The position numbers were made by a program, and so were the translations under genes. DNA of 64,000 bases. It comes from a virus. Shown here in pieces: positions 46,396-56,545 of this stretch (its first letter is position 1; every line of letters starts with the position of its first letter). The stretch lies in IMG/VR virus record IMGVR_UViG_3300025018_001404, positions 13,644 through 77,643 of that record, one strand, 5' to 3'. Under the pieces are notes generated by a model that did no database searches, was not told the origin of the DNA, and saw only the letters and a list, made by a program, of their open reading frames with translations.

Positions 46396-48474
46396 GTGAG
46401 GAGCGAAGATTGGTCCAGAAAGCAGTGGGCCATTCATCTGGCGTCCATGGGGTTTGGAATCATTCCACTTTCGGCAGGGGCCAAGGAACCCATAGCCGGT
46501 AGCTGGCTGGAATCCAAGACCACTGATACGGGCACCATCGAGGAATGGTTCGAAAACGATCCACTGATGAATTATGGCGTTGTCCCTGATAAACGCCACT
46601 GCATCATCGATGTCGATGTCAAAGGCGGTAAGCCTGGATTCGAAAATCTCAGCAGCATCGAAACCGATCAGCAGATGAAAGACTGGCTGACAGGGGACAC
46701 CCTCACAGTCGTGTCGCCATCCAAGGGCCTGCACTTCTATCTCGAATCGCCGTTCGAAGTCGGCAACTCCAATTCGAAGTTCCCTGAGGGAATTGATATC
46801 CGTGGCTCTGGCGGGTATGTCGTCGGTCCTGGTTCCACGCTAGTCAAAGGCCGGTGCAAACCTACGGACGTTCCAGGCTCCTATCGAGTCGTCAACGATG
46901 ACAAGATCAAGCGTGCTCCCCAATGGGTTGTCTCTAGACTGAGACCTCCCGGCGCACGGGATGAACACCGCACCGAGCCGATGTTCGAACTCGACCTTCC
47001 CTTCGCCGTCGAACGCGCCAGAGAATTCCTGAAGCGCCGGTCTCCCGCTATCGAGGGCATGGGCGGCGACGATCACACCTACGCGACCATTGTCCAGGTC
47101 AAAGACCTTGGCGTCAGCGAAGACATGTGCGTCGAGTTGCTGCTTGAGCCTGGCGGCTGGAATGACAAATGCGATCCGCCGTGGTCTATCGAAGAACTGA
47201 AGATCAAGTCCTACAACGCCTACCAGTACGGCAACCAGCGCCCCGGCTCCAAGGGCGGCATCATGGACTTGATGGATGGCGTCGATGTTCAGGACGTGTC
47301 CGAACTGCAGGATGAGCGGTACAAGGCTCTCCAGGAAATCGCTTTCCCCGGATTTGATATCACCAGGCGCAACAAGCGCCGTGAATCTATTATTCCGTAC
47401 TGGTTGCCTGCTCACGGCATGGTTATCAACCTGGCGCGTCGAAGCTGGGGTAAGTCAGTCACCATGGTAGACATGGCTCTCAGGATCGCATGTGACATGG
47501 ACTGGCATGGCTTGCCGGTGCAGGAAGGCCGTAAGGTCATATACATCTGCGGCGAAGACGATGAAGGCCTGGAGGAACAGATCAGGGCTTGGTGCCAATA
47601 CCATGGTCGGGTTCCGACAAAGGACAGGTTCATCACCTTCGCCGGTACGGTCAATCTACTATCCGGAAACGATGTCGAGTTGTGGACCAGGTTCCTGCTC
47701 GATACGTGGGTTGACCACGCTAACTGCATCGTGTTTGTCGATACCTGGCAGCGTGCGACATCGCGGGGTAAGCAGAACGACGATTCCGAGATGCAGACCG
47801 CTGTCTCGAATATCGAAGCCATGGCCAAGAGCCTAAGGGGACCGGCTGTCGTGGCGTTCCATCCGCCCAAGCACGACACGACCGTCGTCATGGGGTCCAG
47901 CGTGATCGAAAACTCGTCAGTCGCCATCTGGCAGGGATCGGATTCCACTGTCGGCAAGAAACTGGAAGTCACCCGTATAAAGGGCAAGGGATTCGGGAAC
48001 TACAAGACCTTCAGGTTCGATGAAGTCGAACTTGGTGAAGAGGATGAGTTCGGTAACGAACGTACCGGCGTCGTACCTACGATGGTGGCGGGATCAGGGC
48101 TGACCAAGGAAGTCGATATGAACGTGGTGGAGAAAGCGAGGGATGCCTATGCCTCTGTTCTGAAGGACATGCTCATCGAGATCGGGGACATGGATAGCGC
48201 CGTAGAGCGCGGCAGGGCTTGCTATATGCACAACATAGCCGACAGGATCGCCCAGGCTGACGGGACAGACGCAGCCAAGATATTGAATGACGCTGGGGAG
48301 ATCGGTTTGAACCCGAAGAATGTTCAGCGCAGGCTCAAGGAACTGTTCGTGGACTACAGCCTGCCATATGAGTACCCCGATGGTAAAGCCATGCTAGTTG
48401 TTACCAAGGGGACAAAGAATGGTAGCAGGAAGTTTGAGTTGAAGAAGATAGTAAGCAAGGAAAAGGCCGCGTGA
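46396..48474 (+). CDS. Bifunctional primase-polymerase with AAA_25 helicase domain
   Basis: IIDVDVK, SPSKGLHFY, IDIRG.GGYVVGPGS; Walker A ARRSWGKS, YICGED, FVDT. Confidence 0.88.
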   Translation: MRSEDWSRKQWAIHLASMGFGIIPLSAGAKEPIAGSWLESKTTDTGTIEEWFENDPLMNYGVVPDKRHCIIDVDVKGGKPGFENLSSIETDQQMKDWLTGDTLTVVSPSKGLHFYLESPFEVGNSNSKFPEGIDIRGSGGYVVGPGSTLVKGRCKPTDVPGSYRVVNDDKIKRAPQWVVSRLRPPGARDEHRTEPMFELDLPFAVERAREFLKRRSPAIEGMGGDDHTYATIVQVKDLGVSEDMCVELLLEPGGWNDKCDPPWSIEELKIKSYNAYQYGNQRPGSKGGIMDLMDGVDVQDVSELQDERYKALQEIAFPGFDITRRNKRRESIIPYWLPAHGMVINLARRSWGKSVTMVDMALRIACDMDWHGLPVQEGRKVIYICGEDDEGLEEQIRAWCQYHGRVPTKDRFITFAGTVNLLSGNDVELWTRFLLDTWVDHANCIVFVDTWQRATSRGKQNDDSEMQTAVSNIEAMAKSLRGPAVVAFHPPKHDTTVVMGSSVIENSSVAIWQGSDSTVGKKLEVTRIKGKGFGNYKTFRFDEVELGEEDEFGNERTGVVPTMVAGSGLTKEVDMNVVEKARDAYASVLKDMLIEIGDMDSAVERGRACYMHNIADRIAQADGTDAAKILNDAGEIGLNPKNVQRRLKELFVDYSLPYEYPDGKAMLVVTKGTKNGSRKFELKKIVSKEKAA

Positions 48475-48491
48475 GCGGCCCTATATAAGTA

Positions 48492-48827
48492 TCAAGAGTA
48501 TTCTTTTGGTTTAGGCGTTATCAGCAGAGGACTCCCTTCATCCCTCATTACTTGTGTGTACTGGTCAAATATTTTACCAGCAGCCTTGGCCACCTGATCC
48601 GGATCGTGGCTATCCAGATAATCTTCATTCTGCTTCTCAGCCAGAGCACCGCCCAGAATCATCAACTTCGACCGTAGGCCCGGTTCATTGGCGTTGACAT
48701 CGCCGTAGCTAATCAGACCGCCACCGACGGCCAGCTTGCTTTTCGAGTGAAGGCGTATGCGAAAGAACCGAACCGGGCGCATCATTTCGTCCTGATCATC
48801 CAGGACGTGAATCTCAATGTAGCTCAT
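48492..48827 (-). CDS. Hypothetical protein
   Basis: Start MSYIEIH, converges on prim-pol. Confidence 0.55.
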   Translation of the reverse strand: MSYIEIHVLDDQDEMMRPVRFFRIRLHSKSKLAVGGGLISYGDVNANEPGLRSKLMILGGALAEKQNEDYLDSHDPDQVAKAAGKIFDQYTQVMRDEGSPLLITPKPKEYS

Positions 48828-48939
48828 CGTCGTTCCAATTTCTTGCAAAGAATGAAGTTTTCTTGAACTCTTCCAAACCCATAGAGGATATGGCGTATCG
48901 GACTGCCTTAGCAATCGCGTCTTCCTGCCCCTTCGTCAT
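48814..48939 (-). CDS. Hypothetical protein
   Basis: Short ORF immediately after thyA. Confidence 0.45.
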   Translation of the reverse strand: MTKGQEDAIAKAVRYAISSMGLEEFKKTSFFARNWNDDELH

Positions 48940-48940
48940 A

Positions 48941-49756
48941 TCAAACCGCCACTTCAGCCTTGATTGCGGGATACGGATCGTAGCCGTAGAAACAGATGTC
49001 ATCATACGTGAAGGAATCGATGTCCGTAACCGCAGGATTCAGCCACAACCTGGGACGACGAGTCGCATCCGGCCTCCTGGACAGCAGTTCAGTCGCCTGC
49101 AGCATATGGTTCTTGTAGAGATGGACATCGCCAAAGTTAATGATCAGTTCCTTGGCGATCAGTCCAGTGACCTGGGCGACCATATGGGTCAGCAGGGCAT
49201 AGGAGGCAATGTTGAAAGGCACACCCAAGAACACATCGGCTGACCGCTGCGTCATCATGCACGAGAGTTCACCGTTCCTGACGTAGAACTGGAACATCAT
49301 GTGACAGGGTGGAAGCGCCATATCATTGATCTGCCCGACGTTCCAGGCATTGACGATCAGGCGACGGGAGTTTGGGTTTACCTTGATCTGCTCAATGACC
49401 TCTGCAATCTGGTCAACCTCGACGGCTTGGCCTAACCCCGCACCGTGCCACATAGCGTTGCGCCATTGTTCAGGATAGACCGGCCCAAGGTCACCATTCC
49501 TATCGGCCCACTCATCCCAAATAGTGACGCCGTTATCCTGGAGGTACCGGATGTTTGTGGAGCCGCTGATCATCCAGAGCAGTTCATGGACCACGGATTT
49601 GATGTGGACCTTCTTGGTCTCCAGCAGCGGGAACTCGTCCTTCAGGTCGAACCAAATCTGCTTGCCGAAAAGGGAGTAGGTGCCGACACCTGTGCGATCA
49701 TCGCTCTCGATGCCGTTCTGAATGATGTCTTCGATCAATGCATGGTACTGTTTCAT
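48941..49756 (-). CDS. thyA: Thymidylate synthase
   Basis: [56 protein letters not shown]. Confidence 0.97.
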   Translation of the reverse strand: MKQYHALIEDIIQNGIESDDRTGVGTYSLFGKQIWFDLKDEFPLLETKKVHIKSVVHELLWMISGSTNIRYLQDNGVTIWDEWADRNGDLGPVYPEQWRNAMWHGAGLGQAVEVDQIAEVIEQIKVNPNSRRLIVNAWNVGQINDMALPPCHMMFQFYVRNGELSCMMTQRSADVFLGVPFNIASYALLTHMVAQVTGLIAKELIINFGDVHLYKNHMLQATELLSRRPDATRRPRLWLNPAVTDIDSFTYDDICFYGYDPYPAIKAEVAV

Positions 49757-49757
49757 A

Positions 49758-50060
49758 TCAATACTCTCCTATTATAATCAGGTGGGCACTATCCCTTGTC
49801 GTTTCAGATTCGAAAGTCCTTTCGACGCTCCAGTAGCACCAATCAAGTCTTTGACCAGCTACTGAACTTAAGATATCAGCCCAAGTGCTAAATGGTACAG
49901 TAATTTTTGCATTCGGGTCTGTGTCCATCACCATAGATGTTACCTCTATACCGTGGTGCCGAAAGACTATTGGACCGCGTGTAAGGTACTCTTGGTAGAT
50001 ACCCCAAGCGAGTTCTTCTATCTTGTTTTCAATGTCTGCAATGGCTTCAGGCGTCACCAT
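49758..50060 (-). CDS. Hypothetical protein
   Basis: 100-aa ORF in a tightly packed operon. Confidence 0.55.
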   Translation of the reverse strand: MVTPEAIADIENKIEELAWGIYQEYLTRGPIVFRHHGIEVTSMVMDTDPNAKITVPFSTWADILSSVAGQRLDWCYWSVERTFESETTRDSAHLIIIGEY

Positions 50061-50308
50061 AAGTCCTCCGAGTAAAGTTCAGGTGGCCAGTTCAACCAGT
50101 CAATCTGCCCGCAGGCCATGGCGTGCTCTGCAGCCTCAGTGCGATTGTAGAATTTGCCGTCCTGGTCCACGAATCCTTGCTGAACGTCGTGTGCGTGCAT
50201 AACACTTGGATAGACCATATTCAGGTTGTGGATCAGATCGTGGTGCCGACGCGGCTTTGACGCGATGAAAAATTCAGTGGCTGTCTTGATGGCGACTCCA
50301 GTGATCAC
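50054..50308 (-). CDS. Hypothetical phage protein (..RHHD..QGF..R.EA..GQ..LYSEDLW type)
   Basis: Recognisable small phage protein pattern. Confidence 0.7.
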   Translation of the reverse strand: MITGVAIKTATEFFIASKPRRHHDLIHNLNMVYPSVMHAHDVQQGFVDQDGKFYNRTEAAEHAMACGQIDWLNWPPELYSEDLW

Positions 50309-50610
50309 AGAACCTCTCCTGCTTCAGCCGCCTCGATATCCTCTATAGACGGGTACGCCAGCTTGACCAGCCCATATTCCGTGAGGACTCCAGTGTCGGC
50401 CAACATACGGATTAACCGGTTCAACTTGGTTGCCTCACAGCGGTCATCGTAGTCATCGTCACCAGACATCGGGTAGTCCTCTCTGCTATAAACGGCTGTG
50501 GCAAAAACCACGGGAGCCGTATTGTCCATCCTGCCCAACAATTCTACGTCCGAACTGACAGGCGTAAAAAGTGGCGTTTTCATCAGGCTTACCTTGCGGT
50601 CTATTGCCAT
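50305..50610 (-). CDS. Hypothetical protein
   Basis: GTGA-coupled ORF. Confidence 0.55.
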   Translation of the reverse strand: MAIDRKVSLMKTPLFTPVSSDVELLGRMDNTAPVVFATAVYSREDYPMSGDDDYDDRCEATKLNRLIRMLADTGVLTEYGLVKLAYPSIEDIEAAEAGEVL

Positions 50611-50677
50611 TTGCCACAGACCTTAAACATACGCATACTGGTCAAACCCGCCCTTGAAGTTAGAATCCTCTCTGATT

Positions 50678-51025
50678 CTAAAGGCCCGCATATTCGAACG
50701 TGACAGCCTCTTCCCTTGTCAACGGATTCACGCCACATATCCTCAGAACGTTATGAAACGAATCTATGTCGGCGTCAGTGGGGACAACACCCCTACGAAT
50801 GAGCAGCACAAACTCGCGAAGGTAGTAGGTCCAAGTGAACCATTCTCCCGACATCTTGCAGAGGGCAAAGGCGTAGTGAACGTCTAACTCCATGTCTCCT
50901 AAGCCTGCGCCCACTGCAATCAACTTTAACGGTTCTGGATGCCCCGTTTGGAGAGCGCGTAACCTGGCGTTCACATTCTTGCTGCGGCCTATTTTAACGG
51001 GTCCGAACTCACCCGACTGAACCAC
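50678..51025 (-). CDS. GIY-YIG family (T5orf172-like) protein, possibly N-terminally truncated
   Basis: VKIGRSKNV..RL..LQTG.P..L; E..H..F....GEWF. Confidence 0.75.
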   Translation of the reverse strand: MVQSGEFGPVKIGRSKNVNARLRALQTGHPEPLKLIAVGAGLGDMELDVHYAFALCKMSGEWFTWTYYLREFVLLIRRGVVPTDADIDSFHNVLRICGVNPLTREEAVTFEYAGL

Positions 51026-51447
51026 GTAAAGATCGTCCCTATCTCGGGACGCCTGGTGATTTGGAACCCGAGACCAACCCCGTTCACGATGAACTGTTCA
51101 GCCTTTTGCAGGGCATCCTTCACCGCCTTGGCCAGCGCGTCCCGTTCCCGCTCTGCCGTCTCGGCGTTGCTGGCGGCTTGGCGTTCGATGTAGGCAGCCA
51201 TACGCAGGCTTGCTGTTTCTAGGTAGAACTGACGATCTGCTGCGTAAAACTTCGCTGCATAGAGACACTTCTCCACCCATTCCCGCCCTTCATCCCCCAG
51301 CACGGCGTCCCGCTGCTTCACGAGCCGTTCGTTCTCGCCCAGCGCGAAGGCGAGGGCTTCGCGCAGACTCCTGATGGTTTCAATGTCCGCCCACCCGAAG
51401 GGGTTGGCTGTTTTCTCCAGCACCGCCTTGGCTTCATCCGTTGTCAT
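50989..51447 (-). CDS. Hypothetical coiled-coil protein
   Basis: Start MTTDEAK after GGAGG. Confidence 0.55.
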   Translation of the reverse strand: MTTDEAKAVLEKTANPFGWADIETIRSLREALAFALGENERLVKQRDAVLGDEGREWVEKCLYAAKFYAADRQFYLETASLRMAAYIERQAASNAETAERERDALAKAVKDALQKAEQFIVNGVGLGFQITRRPEIGTIFTWFSRVSSDPLK

Positions 51448-51886
51448 GGTCGCCTCCCAGAAGGGCGCGGGCATACAGGTCTGCAAATATCGACAGTCGC
51501 GCCATATCCTCGATAACGGCCAGCGCCGCATCAACCTGCTTCTTGGGCATCCCGCCGTTGCTGCACGTTCTCAGGTAACCCTTGGCCGCACCCAGAACAG
51601 CAGCATCGACTGCCGCGTGGCCCAGCTTTCGCCTGTCAAACCAAGCGTCCAAGACTGACCGTTCGTCCGCAACAGCCTCCCGCAGCCGCTCTATCTCCCC
51701 CACAGCATCCAGGAGGCTGGCGGCGATGGCTTGCGCAGATCGGACATCAGCAACCGGACGGCGCGCGGTCCATGCGTAGATGTTCCACTCCTTGGCCCAA
51801 TCCGGTTCGCGCATCCAGTTGTAAACGGCATCCATCGCCTTGCGCGCCGCTTCGGCCAGCCGCTTGCCGTTCTCTAGGTCATACAC
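51434..51886 (-). CDS. Hypothetical protein
   Basis: Helical; LLDAVGEIERLR; RBS AAGGAG. Confidence 0.6.
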   Translation of the reverse strand: MYDLENGKRLAEAARKAMDAVYNWMREPDWAKEWNIYAWTARRPVADVRSAQAIAASLLDAVGEIERLREAVADERSVLDAWFDRRKLGHAAVDAAVLGAAKGYLRTCSNGGMPKKQVDAALAVIEDMARLSIFADLYARALLGGDHDNG

Positions 51887-52218
51887 TGGGCGTCTCCTTC
51901 GTTCTCAGGATAGCGATGGTCAGGGCGCGGGCGGCGGTGGGGGCGGTGCCGCGGCAGACCTTGAGGTTTTTGGTGAGCGACCACTTCCAGCCTTTCTCAG
52001 ACTCCATGACATCCAAGGTCGTCCACCCTTCCAGAACAAGCCGCAGCGCGTCGTCTACGGAGGTGAGGGGCTTGGGTTTTTTCGCTAATCGACCACTTGC
52101 CGGAAACATAAAGGTGCGGCTGGCCACGCACGGGCTTGCCTTCCCACCCCAGCGCCCGCAGCACCTCGGCGTTGTCGCCGTCCCCGGCCTGGATACGGGT
52201 GATTAGGCTATCGGTCAT
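51879..52218 (-). pseudogene. Frameshifted hypothetical gene
   Basis: N-part (LITRIQAG..NAEVLRALGW) and C-part (TSVDDALRLV.EGW...TAARALTIAILR) lie in different frames but read like one phage protein type. Confidence 0.45.
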
Positions 52219-52225
52219 GGCCTCT

Positions 52226-52546
52226 TCAGGCATTAGCCTTCTCCTGTATTCGCTTCAACACAGTGGGGTTCCACATCGTTTTTCCAGCCTGGGCGCGTTT
52301 GATGCTCTGCTTTACGGACTTCGAAACCTGGTGCGGAATCGACTTCTGGACGGGGACAGCATGGGTTGAATCACCATACTCTGCCGCTAGTCTGGGGTCG
52401 ATCCTGCCCTGGTCCAAAGAGACGCCTAGTTCAGCACAGGCCTTGAGGAACTTCTGCTTGTGCGCGCCTGACTTGAAGTGCCTGGCATACGAGAGCGTGT
52501 TACGGCTGTCCTGCATCAGGGGATCGCCTTCGTGAGATTGCCGCAC
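52226..52546 (-). CDS. Hypothetical basic protein
   Basis: ORF in operon; true start probably 52516. Confidence 0.55.
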   Translation of the reverse strand: MRQSHEGDPLMQDSRNTLSYARHFKSGAHKQKFLKACAELGVSLDQGRIDPRLAAEYGDSTHAVPVQKSIPHQVSKSVKQSIKRAQAGKTMWNPTVLKRIQEKANA

Positions 52547-52701
52547 TCGGACGGATTATTACCCTTCTCAATGCAGACCTTCACAAGTTCCGACTTGGTC
52601 CCGGAGGTAACCACAGTACAGCCGACGAACCCGGTCATAATTAGCACGCTGCTCGCGGCAATGATGAAAACAGTCTTCAATTCCATATCGTCCATGATCA
52701 A
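52516..52701 (-). CDS. Small membrane protein
   Basis: TM segment followed by C...G..P.EC. Confidence 0.6.
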   Translation of the reverse strand: MIMDDMELKTVFIIAASSVLIMTGFVGCTVVTSGTKSELVKVCIEKGNNPSECGNLTKAIP

Positions 52702-52964
52702 CCCTCCAACGCAGACATATACAGGTCAAGCAGAGCCTCAAGTTCCTGGCGGTCACTGCGCTCCATCTTCCGCAGCTTCAGCACGGCCCGCATGATCTTG
52801 GGATCGAAGCCGTTGCCTTTCGCCTCAGCAAAGACATCCCTGATATCGTCAGCGAGGTTCTTCTTCTCTTCCTCAAGGCGCTCGATACGCTCGATCAGGG
52901 AGCGCAACTGGTCAGCGGCAATACCACCAACAGAATTGTGGCCAACTCCAGGTTCTTCAGACAT
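52698..52964 (-). CDS. gapR: GapR-family nucleoid-associated protein (DUF2312)
   Basis: [44 protein letters not shown]. Confidence 0.92.
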   Translation of the reverse strand: MSEEPGVGHNSVGGIAADQLRSLIERIERLEEEKKNLADDIRDVFAEAKGNGFDPKIMRAVLKLRKMERSDRQELEALLDLYMSALEG

Positions 52965-53136
52965 CACTTTCTCCGTAGCAAATTGATAAAGGTTAAAAGC
53001 ATGATCGGACCCCAGCACAGGACAGTCAAAAGGTAGTACAGGGGTAGGTTGATCGGGCTTTGGTAGTGCATGACTTCACGAACCTGAAACTCAGTGATCA
53101 GGACACCGATCAACAGATAAATGATGATTCCTGTGA

Positions 53137-54498
53137 TCATGCGGCTTCTTCCTCTGAGGGAAGGCCAAACCGGGCACGGATGTCCGCAGCGTACTCATCT
53201 TCACGCTCGATCAGGATACAGCCGAAACCTTCGTTCAGCGCAGCCTGACCAGTCGTGCCAGAACCTGCGAACGGGTCCAGAATAGTGCCACCTGGAGGCG
53301 TGATCGCACGGCAAAGATGTTGCATGAGAGCAACAGGCTTCACCGTAGGGTGCTTGCTACCGCCACGGTCAGTCTTATTGGCTTTCGGGTGGTACAGGAG
53401 AGACTTGGTATCCGGGGGAAAGCAGTTGAAGAACCTCGCAGCGGAACCTGAGTCACTCCGCTTGGCAAAAGGGACTCGGCCAGCGAATTTCCCGTAAATC
53501 TCGTCGGTAACCTCAGACGGTTCATCTCCGGTGACACGGCTTCCACCTTTTCCACTTGGGAAACAGGCTAGGACTTCCTCAGAGCCGTCATGCACAACAT
53601 TCGCAGGCCAACGCCCGCCTTCATGCGGAGACTTCTCGATTTCCTTAGCCTCACCTTCCGTGAAGAACTTAACGGAACCTAATCCCGTAGCGGTGTGGGC
53701 GATCCACGGCTCTCCAGGAACCCGGCAAGCATCGATATTCACAGCGCCTGTCCCGAACTTCAGGACATTGGCGAAACCGGTTTTCTCAGCCATAGGCTTC
53801 TGCGCCATGTAGATCGGTTCCATCGCAGGCTTGAACGACTGAGTCCCATAGAACCAACCATCCCACTGCTTCGCTTCTTCCGTCGCCGGGGCCGTTAAAA
53901 GATGGTAGGCTTCGCGTTTCGCGTCGTCATGCATCCAAGGTCTATCGAACCCTTCTGTAGCGCCTTTGAAGTCAAGGTGGCCCTTCGTATCCCGGCCTAC
54001 AAACTGCTCATGCCCGGGCTTCACCCCCACGACTTCTCGTTCTACACCTGCCGCTTTGTCTAAGCCCTTGGAAACACTAGTAGCTTTCGGAAAACCACTC
54101 CCGAACACCCAGGCATGGAAAGGGTGCATGATGAACCCTGCCTGCTCCATGGCCACAGCTTGCCAATGACCGGTACGAGCCGACGAGAATGCGAAGACAT
54201 AGCCACCAGGTTTCAGCACCTGCAGCACAAGCGACCAGAACTCAGGGTCGAACGCAATCCGGGTGCCATCATCCTCAGCACCGTCCCACGTCTTGCCCAT
54301 GAAACCCTTGGACTGGCGGCTGAACCGGCCATCCGTACCTTCTTTCGCGGGAGCAGAGTTGGCCTTGCCAAAACGCTTCACCACTGACTCCAGGAAGTAC
54401 GGAGGGTCTGTCACAACGGAGTCGACTTCGACACCCATCATAATGAGATCGCGCAGAACTTCGCGGTTATCCTGGTGGAACAGTGTGACTTCCGGCAA
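53137..54498 (-). CDS. N6-adenine/N4-cytosine DNA methyltransferase (beta-class motif order)
   Basis: VTDPPY near N-terminus; GRWPAN; HPTVKP; LDPFAGSGTTG. Confidence 0.9.
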   Translation of the reverse strand: MPEVTLFHQDNREVLRDLIMMGVEVDSVVTDPPYFLESVVKRFGKANSAPAKEGTDGRFSRQSKGFMGKTWDGAEDDGTRIAFDPEFWSLVLQVLKPGGYVFAFSSARTGHWQAVAMEQAGFIMHPFHAWVFGSGFPKATSVSKGLDKAAGVEREVVGVKPGHEQFVGRDTKGHLDFKGATEGFDRPWMHDDAKREAYHLLTAPATEEAKQWDGWFYGTQSFKPAMEPIYMAQKPMAEKTGFANVLKFGTGAVNIDACRVPGEPWIAHTATGLGSVKFFTEGEAKEIEKSPHEGGRWPANVVHDGSEEVLACFPSGKGGSRVTGDEPSEVTDEIYGKFAGRVPFAKRSDSGSAARFFNCFPPDTKSLLYHPKANKTDRGGSKHPTVKPVALMQHLCRAITPPGGTILDPFAGSGTTGQAALNEGFGCILIEREDEYAADIRARFGLPSEEEAA

Positions 54499-54548
54499 GG
54501 CGACTCTCCAACTTCAGTTTCCCCGCATCGGGTACTGATTACCTATTC

Positions 54549-54577
54549 AGGATATGAAAGATTGCCGTCTATGTCAA
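54549..54577 (-). promoter_or_regulatory. Early/middle promoter for the MTase operon
   Basis: TTGACA-tagacGGCAAtctttca-TATCCT. Confidence 0.75.
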
Positions 54578-54891
54578 TCAGAAAGTTCGTATTCGAATGG
54601 GATCGCCAGAACATCCTTGGGGATTGATCCTACTGGCATATTTGCCAACTCAAAAATGTAATGAAGGTCATCGCTCGGGAATTTAAACCACATTCTGGCG
54701 GCTCTGACTGCGCTTTTATGCTCAGGCATGTCAGTGGTGCCTGTATCCCCAACGGCATCGAACACAGCCCTGGCGACAACCTCGCGGAACAATTCTTCGT
54801 AGCAGCTATCCGGGGGAGGGGCCTTACGGAACTGCTCCTGCACGACACGAGGGATCACAGGTGCCTTGGTAATACGGCTGGCGAGAGACAC
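54574..54891 (-). CDS. Hypothetical protein
   Basis: LF..VV.RAV.D...A..WF...D...I.ELA helical pattern. Confidence 0.6.
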   Translation of the reverse strand: MSLASRITKAPVIPRVVQEQFRKAPPPDSCYEELFREVVARAVFDAVGDTGTTDMPEHKSAVRAARMWFKFPSDDLHYIFELANMPVGSIPKDVLAIPFEYELSD

Positions 54892-54894
54892 CCC

Positions 54895-55086
54895 CTATCC
54901 CTTCATGGGCATGGGAGTCGACTCTTCCCCCTTTTCTTGCGAAGGACGTTCCATAACGATGAACAACCATGTCAAGTGCTCACCCGTAGGCTCGCAAGTG
55001 TGAAGTCTATACCCTTGAGAAGCGCCGCTGGCGATAAACGCTGCAGCCTCGTCAACAAACATTCGTCTCGTAATGTACTCAAACAT
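54895..55086 (-). CDS. Hypothetical protein
   Basis: 63 aa overlapping spoVR stop. Confidence 0.55.
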   Translation of the reverse strand: MFEYITRRMFVDEAAAFIASGASQGYRLHTCEPTGEHLTWLFIVMERPSQEKGEESTPMPMKG

Positions 55087-56545
55087 GTAACTCTACCGAT
55101 TCTTGCAATCCAATAGACCCTATTACCACAGGATACCCCCAAAGTCTTTCAAATTGTGCAATTGTTCTTTCTTTTTTACGCTGTTGCAAGTTGATATTAT
55201 TGTACGCGGTATGTCGGAGGTGGAGAGTTCTCTTCCCCTTCCAGTCCACATCTACAACCTGGATATCCGGGAACATGGTGCCGATCCGTTTTGAGTCAGA
55301 CAGCGCCTCCCTGATCTGGCGGAAACCGCGATCATCGTGAATACGGTCAACCTCATACTCGGTAGGATACTGAGCGTCGTCATCGAGCAGGAACATCCGT
55401 TCCTTCCGCATCAGGGCAGGGGACAGGTACTGCGATATAAACGACTCATCTCTGTAGTTCTTGAAGGCGTGGTGCCAGGCCTGCAGCCAATCCGTTCCCG
55501 CCAAGTCAGGAAACCAGGATTCATCTTCCTTGGTCGGCTCCTGGCAAATCCGCTTGATCTCCGCGAACGTATTAAAGCCCAACCAGTACGGATTAAAGCG
55601 CATGGTCATGGGGTGCTGGTGGACAACTCCCGTATGCGAATGCAGGAACTCCAGGTAGGAGCCGTCAGTAATGAGACCCTTTTCATGAAGTCTAGTCATG
55701 ATGAAGTGGTGAGTCGTGCTAGCCCAACCTTCGTTCATGACCTGTGTCTGGTAGTTCGGATAGTAATAGGTAGCGATCTTGCGGACGATTCGGATGATTT
55801 CACGCTCCCACACTTCAAGATCAGGCGCGTTCTTCTCGATAAAGTAGAGGATGTTTTCCTCAGGCTCCATCAGTTTCTCATCTTCTTCATGTGAATACAT
55901 TGTATGCGGGATCAAGTTATCCCAGAGGGGATTGACCTGACGCTGTTTATCTTCCTCATCCTGCTTCTTCCTGGCCTTGACTTCAACCTTTGTCGGCTTC
56001 GGCGGGCGCTTGTACCTGTCAACACCGTAGTATTTCAGCGCATGAGCCGCGTCCAGGATAGACTCCACGGCGTCCAGTCCATACCTGACTTCACAGTCAT
56101 TGATGTAGTTACGAGCATAGACAAGATAGTCTATGATAGAACTGGCGTCAGTCCATTCCTTGAACAGGTAATTGGACGAGAAGAAACTATTGTGGCCATA
56201 AGAAGCATGGGCAATGACAAGGGCCTGCATCGTCGGAGAATTACTCTCCATTAGATAGGCGATACAGGGATTAGAGTTGAAAACTACTTCATATGCCAAC
56301 CCGCCCCCGCGTCTGTACTGGTTTTCTTCCTGAAGGAAAGCTTTGCCAAACGACCAATGCTTGTAGCCTACCGGCAGCCCACCCGCGTAGATGTCCAACA
56401 TCTGCTCATGGGTGATGACTTCGATCTGGTTCGGGTACGTCTCCAGCTTCAGCTCGTCATGCGCGATCTCTGCACACGCCTGGTCGATCTCATTCAGGAG
56501 CGGGAAGGTCCAGTTGTCCGTCCGCTCGAAAAGGGGTTTAACCAT
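55079..56545 (-). CDS. spoVR: SpoVR/YcgB family protein
   Basis: YPNQIEVI..EQM.D.Y, Y.HWSFGK.F, GLAYE.V.NSNPCIAYLME.N, AHASYGHNSFF, TQVMNEGWA, RDESFISQYLSP; TGATG-coupled to yeaH. Confidence 0.93.
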   Translation of the reverse strand: MVKPLFERTDNWTFPLLNEIDQACAEIAHDELKLETYPNQIEVITHEQMLDIYAGGLPVGYKHWSFGKAFLQEENQYRRGGGLAYEVVFNSNPCIAYLMESNSPTMQALVIAHASYGHNSFFSSNYLFKEWTDASSIIDYLVYARNYINDCEVRYGLDAVESILDAAHALKYYGVDRYKRPPKPTKVEVKARKKQDEEDKQRQVNPLWDNLIPHTMYSHEEDEKLMEPEENILYFIEKNAPDLEVWEREIIRIVRKIATYYYPNYQTQVMNEGWASTTHHFIMTRLHEKGLITDGSYLEFLHSHTGVVHQHPMTMRFNPYWLGFNTFAEIKRICQEPTKEDESWFPDLAGTDWLQAWHHAFKNYRDESFISQYLSPALMRKERMFLLDDDAQYPTEYEVDRIHDDRGFRQIREALSDSKRIGTMFPDIQVVDVDWKGKRTLHLRHTAYNNINLQQRKKERTIAQFERLWGYPVVIGSIGLQESVELHV

